A stretch of 64,000 nucleotides of DNA from Podarcis cretensis (GCA_951804945.1 OX638150.1:37014001-37078000); one strand, 5' to 3'. Positions 23,721-35,384 are shown, counted from the stretch's first letter. Numbers and translations are program-made. Notes: generated by a model not told the origin, from the sequence alone.

Positions 23721-25660
23721 TGTGTGGTCCTATCGAATGTTAACTATATAGTTGTAGAAATGGTTGTATTGTTTTTAGAGTCTGTGTCTTTTTTTCATTT
23801 CACCTCATTTCATCTTAGCTTCTGGTTGTGAAGCATTTTTTAAATCTGCCAAATAAATAAATAAGCTGGTGAAATGCAACATTGACACCACCAGTACCAC
23901 AAAAGCAGATTTCTCTTTTTTCTTTTTCTTGCTTTTAGAATTAAAGTAGGACAATTCTGTCTTATAGAAATCTATTTTATGTGTGAACAATGAAGTACAA
24001 TGCTAGGAGAGTCGAGTAGGCAATCTGTGCTACGACAAGCTAGACACTTCTATTTAAGGAACTCACAGAAGCGCCCATCACTTTCCTGTCTGAAGGTTCC
24101 CGAATCAAACCAGGACAAGTTCAATAATTCATAGGCAGTATCAACTCCTGTCATTATGTCGAAACTGATTACCGTTTGCACCTGTAATTAGATATAATGG
24201 GTACAATCTCCAGCCTTGCTGAACTCTCATCTGAGATATTTATGGCAGAAGGTTGCTTAGCAGTGTCTCCTCCAGCCTTTGGAGTTATTCATACAACAGA
24301 AGAGAAGAAGTAACTCCATTTAGCACATATGTGACTGGAACAGTAGACAGAAGATGGGTCATAAACTGAGAGAGAGCCCTTGGCTTGTGACTCATTTGCT
24401 GCTCATTGCCTGCTGAGATGCTACTAGGACAGTGACATTATCATAGCATCCTAGAGCTTTAGGATTAGCATGGTTCTGAACATCGACTAGCTAGAGCACA
24501 GGGATCCAATGTGATGCCTTCCAGAAACTGCTGGACTACAACACCCATAATCCCTACCATTAGCCATGCTAGCTGAGGCTGATGGGAACTGTAGTCTGGA
24601 AACACCTGGATGGCATCATGTTTTCTGCCCCTGATCTAGATGTTGTGTATCCCTTGTGGACAAGTCCCACTGTAGTGGTGGAGTTCTAGTCAGTCTTCTG
24701 TGGCTCCATCACCATGTGAGAAGTGTTCTGAACATAAGGATTCTTCCTTTTGGAATAGTTTCATGACAAATGGTGAAGCAGTATAACAGGGGGAAAAATA
24801 TACAGGATATTAACAACAGAGAAAAAAAGTATCCAATGTCAACCTCGTTTTGGCTGTTTTGTTAAGTTTTTTCCCCATTTGTTTCCATTTTTCAAAGGCA
24901 GCTGCAATTTGTGAAGCTTACATTAACAGAGAATACTTTATATGGCTGGATGATTTGAATCTGAAAAGTTTGTTAGACATGAACTTCAGTGAGATAATTC
25001 TTCCATCAGCTTTAGCTACCTGAACAATCTTCACATTATTGTGCTGGACCACAAAGTTTGGGAGGTGTCCAGATGCCAGCTAGATGAATGCTGAAAGATA
25101 CTTTTGAGATATGGCTCTCCTCCCATTGGCAGTCTGCTGCCAAAAAGCAAAGGCATGCGGAACAAAGTAAGAATAGAGGTGTTCCATAATCCATTCCTAA
25201 AATGTACTATCCATTTGAATGATAAAGGCAAAGGAGATCACATAGTGTGTATAAATAGCAGCCAGAACATGAGAAATCACAGCAATTCGGAGCTGCTACA
25301 CCTTATCTCTGCGTGCATCCAAATGTGTCTCTTTTGTCTACAGCCTCGTACACTCTACCAGAATTGATCTCAAAATACCAAGATTGTAGAAACTTGTCTT
25401 TGTTGCAGACAAGAATCTGAGCACAGATTGTCTCAGTTACTTTACTTGATTAATGCTTGGTTTTTGTGCATAGATGCAACCTATTCATACTGAGCTTTCA
25501 GCTGAAATTTGGAATCCTATTAAAGGAGTCACTGAGTGTCCAACCATAATTTAAGGCCCCCAAGTTATTGAATCCCTCCTACCTCCCATCTTACTACTGC
25601 TTCAGCTTCCATAATTATGGTAATGCTGGAAAACACACATAGTTTTGAATTTAGGGATGG

Positions 25661-25751
25661 TGTTGTTGTTCTTTAGTCATCTGGTCGTGTCAGACTCTTC
25701 GTGACCCCATGGACCGGAGCACTCCAGGCACTCCTGTCTTCCACTGCCTCC
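25661..25751 (-). mobile_element. Bov-B LINE 3' terminal fragment
   Basis: tgttgttgtt...gtcgtgtcagactcttcgtgaccccatggacc...ccaggcactcctgtcttccactgcctcc, the Bov-B 3' end with (CAA)n tail in reverse. Confidence 0.8.
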
Positions 25752-25991
25752 AAAAGGAGAAATAATGTGATGGTCACTTGAGTATGATTGCAGGAGGTTC
25801 TGTACAGATGAAAAGTTTGTTTATACCTTTATTAACATCATTTATGCACATTGGGCCCCCACAAGGGAGCTGTGATTGATCTGAGATGAGGCAGCTTTGA
25901 TTCCCGGGGCTAACAGTGGAGTCTCATGATGCACAATACTTTTCCTTACTGGGGTTCATTATAGTTAGACCTGTTTAAAAAAAGGGACATA

Positions 25992-26221
25992 CAGTGGTAC
26001 CTCGGGTTAAGAACTTAATTCATTCTGGAGGTCCGTTCTTAACCTGAAACTGTTCTTAACCTGAGGTACCACTTTAGCTAATGGGGCCTCCCGCTGCGCC
26101 GCACGATTTCTGTTCTCATCCTGAAGCAAAGTTCTTAACCCGAGGTACTATTTCTGGGTTAGCGGAGTCTGTAACCTGAAGTGTCTGTAACCTGAAGCAT
26201 CTGTAACCCAAGGTACCACTA
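25992..26221. mobile_element. Tc1/mariner (Tigger-like) MITE with TA TSD
   Basis: TA|cagtggtacctcgggtta ... taacccaaggtaccacta|TA; internal taacctgaag repeats. Confidence 0.9.
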
Positions 26222-28918
26222 TACAACCACCCTTTTGGTGAGTAATGGGAAAACAACTAAGCTGGTCCCGGTCTCTATGAAATTCAGAACCTTCATTGTG
26301 GAAGGCAGACAGCAAGCTGGGCACTCCCAAATAGGAATTTGGCTATAGTGGGCTTCTATGCAGATTTGTACAGGATGTTTTGTGTTCTCAAGTGCCCTAA
26401 CATTTAGAGTCTCTCCTTCTTCCCTCCACTCCAATGTTCTTTCCATAGGCCTGCTGGATTTAGTAGCTAATCATATCCCTCATTTAAATGCTAATCTCTC
26501 TCAGCAGCAGGGACCCATTTTACATACAGCTTGACTTTTCTGGTGCAGTAAAGCTTAAGCTCAAAATGTAAAATATCCAATGAGATTCCTCAGGGCTTTT
26601 TCTTCTTCTTTGGGGATAGTGGGGGGTGGGATAGGAAATAAAAGAATGATGATAGATGGAGAGATGAAACATTGCCTGTAAAGCTGGGAAATGGCCATTT
26701 ACTTCCTTTGTCTTTTTATTATTATCATTGGGGCAAGGGGAATAAGACTTCCGTTCAATCCCAGGCCAGAAGTAACCTTTTGTGCTGCCTGTCAGGGCCA
26801 GCCCAAGTCATTTTGCTGCCTGAAACAAAGGACAAATGCCACATACAGAAGCTGGTTGGACTGGTTGTTGAATCTTACTTCAGCAATGCAATGCAATAGG
26901 CAGGCAAGTTTACGGGGCACATGCATCTTGGTTCTCCAACAGAGGGGCATGACTAGGGGATGCGGGAGGAAAAACCAGAAGGGCCACTGCTGCTGTACCA
27001 CAACACTCCACCTCAGCACCTACCATCTGAGGCAATTGCTTCATTCTGCCTCATGGCAGGGCTGGCCACCATGCCTATCTGGGACTTCAGCTAAAAACTG
27101 CAGGAAATACTGCTCCAGGGTTGTGCAAGTAAAGGTAGGGGCCTTTACAAGCCACACTTCCAACTTCACCCTCACCCCAAATTTAATCTAAATCATTGGC
27201 TCCCCATAACCTTCTATAAACAGCACCTGGCAAGGGTCTGCCACAAGAAATGAGGGGACCGGGCTCTGTCCCCATTTAATCTGAGCACTGGGAATTTTGC
27301 ATATTATTTCCCCTTGTTGATTGTGCTGACTGCCAGGAAGCTTAATTCTTCCTCCTGCGGCCAGAACATTTGAAGCAAGGCCTCCTAGGCTCAACAGGCC
27401 AAAGGGGGCCCAGCTCAACATCCTGACATCACCCGTGTGATGTTGCATGATGTCTGGACATCATGAGAAGCCAGGGGGTGGAGCCAAACACCCTCTGAAC
27501 ATTGAGGGGACCTGGCCTCCTCAAAAAAACAACCCATGGGGGGCTGAAAGTATCTCGGCCCCTAGGGGCCGGCACCTATGCTCACAGGCCAATGTGTTTA
27601 GGAATACAGCCTAAGTCTATGCTGCATCTGAGAAAGAATGAATGTGAAAAATCAGCACAGTTCTTAGCCAGCTTCTAGAGATCAAATCCAGAAAAGCCCA
27701 ACATGGACATGCCTGTGTTCACAGTCTTAGTATCAAATGGGAAAAGAACAGGTGAGAGGGTGAAAGGAAGATGTAAGATCAGATACTTCTTAACTTCAAA
27801 GGAAATCTATCCTGTTGTCATCAGTCACTGCTAAGCTGCTTAAAAACCAAACTCCCTTAGTGTGATGGGTTTTATAGTTATTTCTTTGCTCTTCAGAAGA
27901 AGAACAGGCCTATCTAGAGCATACAGGGGTCTTTTGCTGGAAGCAGAGAAGATGCCATGCACTTTTAATCACTGAGCTTTAGTTTGATTCTTAATTGGCA
28001 TATTTTTAACCAACTTTGATCTTTTTTAAAAAAAGAGGGAGAGGGGAAAGAGAAAGGGAAGGCGGAAGCTCATTAGGAGCCACTTGTCCTGGTGAGCCCA
28101 TCTGTTGTTGGGTCTCTTTCCTTTCAAGATGAGGCTTCATCCACCTGTCTCCTGGTAGCAGATGGAGGCAGGCATCTGCTGGCATTGCCTGTTGTGAGTG
28201 TTTCTGACAGATCCATCAGGATGCTTGCCAGCATTCCTAAGGAGGAGAGGCTCATACACAAGGAAAGCTTTGCCGAGGAGCAAGCCTGAAGCCAAGTCAT
28301 GTGCGCACAGGCAGGCCCAGCTGAACAAGCCAGCAGTCTTGCGCACTTCAACAGCTTTGCACCAGAAAACAATTCTGGAGGGGTGAATTCATTCTGGTTG
28401 AAGTGATCTGAAGAATATTTGCATCCTTCTTTGTAACTCTTAATGGCAGGTGATGGCCTGCAGTTCTGGGGTTTTGGGGATTTAAAAATCTGATAACTGT
28501 CAGATTACTGACCACCTTGCCACTAGATTTCTAGATTTCCTATTGGAGGAAAAAAATGAATGGCTTTTCAGCTATCAAATCATGTGTTATCTGAATGGAT
28601 ATTCCCATGCTCTGGAGGTTAAATATTTGTTCATTGCACATTTTCCTTCCTTCTGGCATCTTAGTCCCCCCACATATGGTTTGCTGAGCTCTTCTGTCTT
28701 CCCAGATCCTTGCCAATAATTCAGAAGCCTGCAAAACTTGAGGAAGGCTGCAAATTAAGGACGTGTGATCAAATTTACAAATTTGCCTCTTTCTTCCAAT
28801 GCAACATGTTAGGCATGCAGATTACAAGATATTGGGTTTTTCACTCGACAGAAAGTGGTGATGGGGATAGCCTTCTTGCACTGATCCATGCCTATGCTGT
28901 GCTTTTCCCTTTCTCCAG

Positions 28919-28993
28919 GTTGATCCTTACCTGCCCTATGAATACACCTCTGAAGGGATGCTGGAGCGAATTCATGCCTACATTCAGTACCAG
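28919..28993 (+). CDS. MGAT5B: MGAT5B coding exon VDPYLPYEYTSEGMLERIHAYIQYQ
   Basis: Acceptor ttttccctttctccag|GTT, donor CAG|gtagtt; 75 nt, 25 codons. Confidence 0.96.
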
Positions 28994-29134
28994 GTAGTTG
29001 ATTTGCATCTTCTTCTACAGCTCTTTGTGATTAAGTCTAGGAGGCAAGTGGTTTCCTGCCCCGAAGGTGGTAATGAATGGCACAATAACCACTCACTTTG
29101 GTTGTATGAGTTAAATTTTTACCAGTGTCTAGAG

Positions 29135-29269
29135 CAGCCTTTCTCAATCTGTGGGTCCCCAGATGTTGAACTACAACTCCCATCACCCCTAGCTAGCAAG
29201 GCCAGAGCTCAGGGATGATGGGAGTTGTAGTCCAACAACATGTGGGGACCCACAGGTTGAGAACCACTG
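29135..29269. mobile_element. hAT-type MITE, 8-bp TSD GTCTAGAG
   Basis: TSD at 29127-29134 and 29270-29277; near-identical reverse copy of 6180-6317. Confidence 0.92.
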
Positions 29270-29589
29270 GTCTAGAGAGTTATGTCTTGGAGTGGGGGTT
29301 GGGAAGTCAGCGGAAATTGGGGAGATGTAGCTCTTCTGATATCTTTTTCCAAGGATTAGCAAAATTGAATTAATTATATGGTTATTTATTTCTGAGCTCC
29401 CCGCCCCCAGAAGTACAAGTTTCATCTATTTCTGAGCTTTTTTCCTCATGGTTCTGACAGTTTCTATTTTCAGCATTTATTATGTGTGATGTTTCCCACA
29501 CACACACACACACCGCCTCGCATTTGCTAACTGGCAAAACGCTACACTTTGGGATCTTAGGACACATCAGCTTGTAGCTCCATTTTTAA

Positions 29590-31700
29590 AAATAATATTT
29601 ATTGCTTTTAAACCTTACAAACAAGAAGAAAAAGAAAAGGAGAAAAAAGAAGAAAAAACAAAAGAAAGAAAAAACAATACAATGCAATATATAAACAATA
29701 CACCACACAACATTAACGCATTAAACTAAACAAAACAGAACAAAAACAATTTAAAAAACATACATCATACCATTTCAATGCCTTATCTTTCATTCCCTTT
29801 TTTCATTGACTTCCTCTCACCTCCCTTTTTGTATTCCACTTCTATTAATTGTTTCAGCAATTCCTTTCCATCTTTCACTATTTTCTGTCATATAAATATC
29901 TTAACTTATTTTAACCTTTTTTCCATTAATACTATAATACTTATTTATGCTTAACTCCTTATAACACTTCTACTAAAGCCATATAATTTCATTCCAACAT
30001 TTTTCTAGCACTCATTAATTTTACCATATTTCTATAAATAAGCTTTAAACTTTTTCCAATCTTCTTCCACCGTCTCTTCTCCCTGGTCTCGGATTCTGCC
30101 AGTCATTTCCGTCAATTCCATATAGTCCATCAACCTGGTGATCTTCTGTCCGAGGCTCTTAACTCTTTTCCAGGTCCCTTCTGCAAGTCCTCTTCGTATT
30201 TATACATACACTTTACTTTGTCTTCTGCTGATCTTGTTCTTAATTTCCTTTCTTTGATGCTGAAGAGTAGGTCTCGGGGGAGCTCCAACCTAGCAATGTT
30301 TTTATTCCTTCTCGACATGTCATCCACATCTCCGTGGTTAAAACTAAAATCCAAAAGATATTTCAGGACGTGTTTCAAAATCCCTCCAAATCTGAAGGTC
30401 CCCACAACTCCCATTTCCTTCTGACCCAGGTCCAGATCCCAAAGGTCAATAAATCCCTGCATGAGATGATCTATCCAACTTTCCTTCTCCAGTCCAAGCA
30501 GGGTTCCAATCTGACTTTCTCTGAATTCAATCATAGAGGGCAACAACTTGTAGTCATCAAATTGCCTCTGTAAGGCTGGGGCTCTCTCCCTCTCCACTTG
30601 TATTACTTTAGGTTCAGCAACCACAACTTTCTCCCTCACTTTCTCCATCATTTGGCATGTCAGAGTAGATTCCTGTATCGGTTCCTGAATAGTTTGTGTG
30701 TAGATGTTCACTTTTTGTCCCAAAATATCAATTTTAATATTCATCACATCCGTCTTCTTATGGAGCTGTTCCAATGACTGACTTATCTTGCATAGTGCAA
30801 TCACTAAGGCTTCTTCTGTCGACATTCTCAAGCAATCCAAGGTCAATCTCATGGTTTTCTCTTGTAGCTGGAGATTCCACCAGCCCAACTCTTGTAACAA
30901 TTTCAAAGGCTCCCTCTAGAGGGAAACAATTTCTGTTTGTATCAATCCTTTTAAGCACAGTTCAAGCAGTAAAATTAGTTTCAATTTTCAGCTACTTTTA
31001 CTCCTTTTTAAACGCAGAAGGAGACAATGGAAACAATGTATTTCTCTTATTTAACTACCTGTCACAGTCAATGAACTTTCCCAAAAACGTCAATCTTACT
31101 AGCAGTCCATTTCCAGGTTCAGAGCGGTGGTGATCCAACTTTCTTCACTCTCTCCTGCAGGCTTACACGATCCAAAATTTCCCCCCTCTTCTCCTGCCTC
31201 CAAGGGGGGTTTAATGATTTTAGCTGATGGAAGTTGAATCCTTTACATAGGACTTTCCAAGACTCTTTGCTTCAATCTATTTACAAAAGGGGAAGGCGGA
31301 CTTCCTGTTTGAAACCTCCCCATTTTGGTGCCAAATTAAGACGTTTAAAAATCCAATTTTCCGTTCTACTCATGGGTAGTTGTTTAGAATCAAATTGTCC
31401 ACAGGAAAAAGTCAGCGCTCTCCGGCAGCAGCAATGCGGCTTCACTCCGTGAAAGAAGCAGTCAATTCGAAGCACCGCACCGCTCACCCCACATCGCTCC
31501 GGATCCCTGAAACTGGGTCTCCCCGTGAGTAGGGGAGGCGCAAAAGGTGCCAGCCGAATCCCACGTTCACAGGCTTCTCCCGCCTGCGATTTTTAGTGGG
31601 TCTCCGCCTTTGCCGTGGCGGCCAGACCCTGAATTCCACGGAGCAAGTTCCTCCCGATCAGAGGAATTCTGCCATTGCCGGAGGCGCTAACCCGGAAGTC
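29590..31700 (-). mobile_element. Complete non-autonomous L1-derived (HAL1-like) retroelement, ~2.1 kb
   Basis: Direct repeat GTAGCTCCATTTTTAA at 29574-29589 and 31701-31716 (minus strand TT|AAAAA L1 endonuclease site); CpG-rich 5' end GACTTCCGG; one long ORF; ORF2 C-terminal remnant; AATAAA at the 3' end. Confidence 0.88.
30130..30852 (-). CDS. Open ORF of the HAL1-like element (240 aa from ATG 30852, 231 aa from ATG 30825); putative divergent L1 ORF1-like protein
   Basis: Longest ORF in the window; N-terminal heptad-like segment (ISQSLEQLHKKTDVMNIKIDILGQKV); ORF1 homology is inferred, not searched. Confidence 0.5.
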   Translation of the reverse strand: MRLTLDCLRMSTEEALVIALCKISQSLEQLHKKTDVMNIKIDILGQKVNIYTQTIQEPIQESTLTCQMMEKVREKVVVAEPKVIQVERERAPALQRQFDDYKLLPSMIEFRESQIGTLLGLEKESWIDHLMQGFIDLWDLDLGQKEMGVVGTFRFGGILKHVLKYLLDFSFNHGDVDDMSRRNKNIARLELPRDLLFSIKERKLRTRSAEDKVKCMYKYEEDLQKGPGKELRASDRRSPG

Positions 31701-32007
31701 GTAGCTCCATTTTTAAGCCTGTGCACAAATATAATTAATTTTCTGAATAAAACTTGAAAGTGTGACCCAACGCCTTATGCATATGGACAGACATCAGCCT
31801 CTAAACATCTCATCTCACTCCAAGATTTACACCACGGAATTGCCTTGTAGATATACCTGGTTTCCCAAGACATACAGTATATCTGTGGTTTTAAAAAATT
31901 CATGTAGCTATGAAACTGCCTCATTCCAAATGATATACTGTATGTAGAGAAATACATTGGTAGGCAGGTAGATGGAACAATGTAACTGAGAAGCTACAAT
32001 ATAATGC

Positions 32008-32576
32008 TATAGGGACTGGGTGGGCAATGAGGAGTGGTGAGAGGTGTCATGTGAAGTGGCTCCAGCCAGAGAACCCCATAGGGAAGACTCAGAAGAGGAA
32101 GGCACAGAGCCAGGGGAGTGGTGGTCAGAGGAGGTGGGGGGAGAATACTTGGATGCTGAACAAGCAACAGGCTTGAGTGAGAGAAGAGAAGAGGCAGAAA
32201 ACACCACAGATGTAGAACAGGCAGCTGAGGAGAAGGTGGGGGCTGAGGCAAGAACAGATTCACAGGAGCCTGCCAGTCCTCCCAGCTTGTCTCCAAGGGC
32301 TCAAAGAGTTTTGCAGGTAGTGGAGCAATGAGCACAGAAAGTGCAGCGGGGGGGGGGGGCTACTGTCAGGGCTTAAGACTGTGGGGAAAACAGCCGGATA
32401 GGGAAGAGACTTAGGGGGAAGTGGGAGGCCCAGATTGTCAATTCTGGCAACTCATTTACAGAGGCTAGTCTTGCTGTAGGTTTCTTTGTTTGTATTCTGT
32501 TTCCTTGAATAAAGAATCAACTTTACTGCTCGCCTCTGAGTCTCCATGCTGACCTGCAGCTGAACCAGCCCTGACA
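32008..32576 (+). mobile_element. Probable solo LTR
   Basis: Ends ...ccctgaCA, AATAAA at 32508-32513, near-TSD aatgc (32003-32007) / aatgt (32577-32581); purine-rich U3-like interior. Confidence 0.6.
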
Positions 32577-33269
32577 AATGTAATGCAACGTCAAACAAAT
32601 AAGCAATGAAATAAATAATAAAACCCAACTAGAACAACATAGCAGCATAATTTGAAGCATTTTTAGAGCCTCCCTTTTGTCAAGGCACATCCTGACTGAC
32701 AAAATACAGCGCTCGCCCCTCTAACATGTAGACATCACACCCAAATTCTGCCTTACATCTATGCAAATCATACAGTACCTCCTGCTCATTCAGTATCACT
32801 CATTGCAATTTATTCCCACACCTCACATAAGCATCCACTGGTACACACAAACACATCACCCACCCAATCACTCCAATCTCTCCCACTCATTCACCTTCCA
32901 CTATCACCAGTCACTGCTCCCACTCAACAAAAACATACTGCAAAGACAATGAAAGCTTTCACTGACAGAACGGTATATATAACCGTACAAATTGCCACCC
33001 ATACCTAAATCACACAAATGAGCTGTTCTCAACAGCGCTCACCCAGGTTTCTGTCTTCCACCCAAGACTCTCATGCACCAATGATGCTCTCACACACATG
33101 ATATGCCTTCATTTCACCAAGGAGTGTCCTGTTGCCACAGTGGCCAACCAGACACTTATGAGAAGCCCACAAGCAGGAACTGAGTCCAGCAGCACTCTCC
33201 CCATTTGTCATTCCCAGGAACTGGCGTTCAGAGCCATACTGCATCATCTCCTCACCTGGAATGGCTCCA

Positions 33270-33452
33270 TCCCCTTGATCATTTGGGTTGTCCTTTTCTG
33301 AACCTTTTCCAACTCAACAATACACTTTTTGAGATGAGGCAACCCAAAGTGTACACGATATCCCAAGTATGATTGCACTAAAGATTAGCATGATGATGTT
33401 ATGATATTGGCAATTTGATTTTCAGTTCCTTTCCTAATGAACTCTAGCATGG
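33270..33452 (-). mobile_element. CR1 LINE internal fragment
   Basis: ccttgatcattt...tgtccttttctgaaccttttcca...gtgtacacgatatcccaagt; similar fragment at 37770-37930. Confidence 0.65.
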
Positions 33453-33564
33453 GATTCTATGGACTCCAGCAGGATTACCTAGGAGTCAGGCCCCTATTGA
33501 ACTCGGTGGGACTAGCTCCTGTTCATGCCTTTTGAAAAATTCTGTCTCTTTTCTTCTCGGATAG

Positions 33565-33833
33565 GATTTCTGTGCCACCGCTGCTATGCCAGAGAAGTCC
33601 AGCAGCCACACTATGCAAAGCTCTGCAAGCCCCTTCAGCCTGCAGCCCAATTCCACGTACCTGGCCTGGTCTCACAATTCCAGCAGCAGCCCCCGTGCCT
33701 GGCCTCCAGTCAACTCCATGCAGGTGTGGATATCAGACGCTGGGCAGGCCTGCACCAGCACTTGTCAGCAGCATGGTTTGGTCTGTGAGCCCGAGTTCTT
33801 CAAGTTCATCAACAAGAAAGGAGTGTTTCAGCA
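33565..33833 (+). CDS. MGAT5B: MGAT5B coding exon DFCATAAMPEK...AWPPVNSMQVWISDAGQACTSTCQQHGLVCEPEFFKFINKKGVFQ(Q)
   Basis: Acceptor cttttcttctcggatag|GAT, donor CA|gtaagt; 269 nt, ends in phase 2; DFC...WPP and C-x3-C-x6-CEP pattern. Confidence 0.95.
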
Positions 33834-33892
33834 GTAAGTCTCTTCTCTCTCCCATCTTACCCTCATACACCCTGGAATCTCTTCTCTTCCTT

Positions 33893-34000
33893 GTGCTGTT
33901 TTTCTAGAAAAAGAGGTGCCGGAACTCACCCTGAACATCTCCCTTGTTCTCTTGGCAATGGTGCCCACCTGAAAGGTGCCGGAACTGAAAATAAGTCCCA
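33893..34000. mobile_element. Short hAT-like MITE with gaggtgccggaact repeats
   Basis: Two aggtgccggaact units; same family as the host element at 43290-43690. Confidence 0.7.
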
Positions 34001-35340
34001 TCTCTTCCCCTTTGCATAGCACACTAACAAGTGCCAGATAGCAACCCAGGCACTTTGTATTTTAAAGCTGTTGGGCAAAACTGTAAAGTTCATGCTTTGT
34101 TTTGAGTTTTGATATTGATGCAATTGGAAAGTGGCATTTTTGTGCCATGAATGCTGCAAAGATGGAGTTGGAAGAGTGCTGAGCTCTTCGTGAAAACACG
34201 ATAATTGCTTGCAAAACTCACTTTTCAACTTCTAAATCTGAATATTACAGCCAGGTTTTGTTTCCTTGGAGGCTGGTGCTTTGCAGGAACTGTTTATTAA
34301 AAAAAACACCTTGAGTTTGAATTGAATTTTGACATTTTAATTGCATATCAGAACTACTTGAGGACCCCAAGAAAGAGCAATATCCCACCATACAAAAGTC
34401 GGCCTAGATACCCCTTATTAATTAAAGGCCCTTTTGCTCCTCAGGCCCATTAAGCCTCTCCCAAAGTCTCAAGAATTGCTAGAGACCTTCATTCATGCTG
34501 AGAAAGTGAATCCTTTCATAGATGCCTCCCTGACATTTGTTCAGTGCCCTTTGCACACAACACAGCAAACTAAAAATATTTGGACAGACCTTCTGGTTGC
34601 ATTGTGTGTGGGAATGGCTTTCTGTAGTTGAAAAGGGGTTTCTAGACACCGTTGTTCTCTTGTCTCCCTCCTTCCCCCTTTATCCCTCTGTCTGTAAGCA
34701 TACATTTGGAACACACAGGCACTGACATTTTAATAGAACATAAATCTGCCACCCAGCTCCATACATAGCTCTGGACAATTAAAATGGGCGCATTATCATT
34801 TCTGTCACGGCGGCCAGGCAGGCAATTTGAGTCCAAGTGACATTTTTATATGATAAATTAGAGGCAGAGCTCAGATTCTACTTGCTAAGCTCCTTTAGCT
34901 CCTTAAAACCCAACCATTTTCAAGAAATTGCTGGTTCAGAATCACTAGTTCACATCAGTGTTTATTAAAGAGATGCCGGGGAGTTTACTGAGTGGCTGGA
35001 GAAGGAAAGGCTATAGCATCGCCTACAGGTACATGGTTGACTTCTTTCACTAAGGTTTGTTTGAGAAGAGGCATATCTGCCTCAGCCTTTGCCAACCAGG
35101 TGCCCTCCAGATGTTTAGGTCTATGATTCCCATCAGCTCCAGCCAGCACAGCCTTGGCCCATGTAGGGATCCCACCAGGAGGCCAGCTCAGCACCCACCT
35201 CACCTGCACTTCCTCATGCAACATCTAGAAATCTCATCACGGATCTTCTGCAAAACGTATAATTAGGCCCTTCCTGTATGCCTAACAAACGATAAAAGTG
35301 GGAATGCAAACATTAGAACCAGTGTTTGAAAAGACCTCTG

Positions 35341-35376
35341 TTTGTTTGTTTGTTTGTTTGTTTGTTTGTTTGTTTG
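35341..35376 (+). repeat. (TTTG)9 microsatellite forming the pyrimidine tract of the last exon acceptor
   Basis: Nine perfect TTTG units immediately before cttccaag|. Confidence 0.95.
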
Positions 35377-35384
35377 CTTCCAAG

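Noticed and set aside
26691-27191. 166-aa ORF in the long intron
   Set aside because: Cys/Gln-rich random-looking translation overlapping decayed DNA-transposon-like sequence; no support as an exon.
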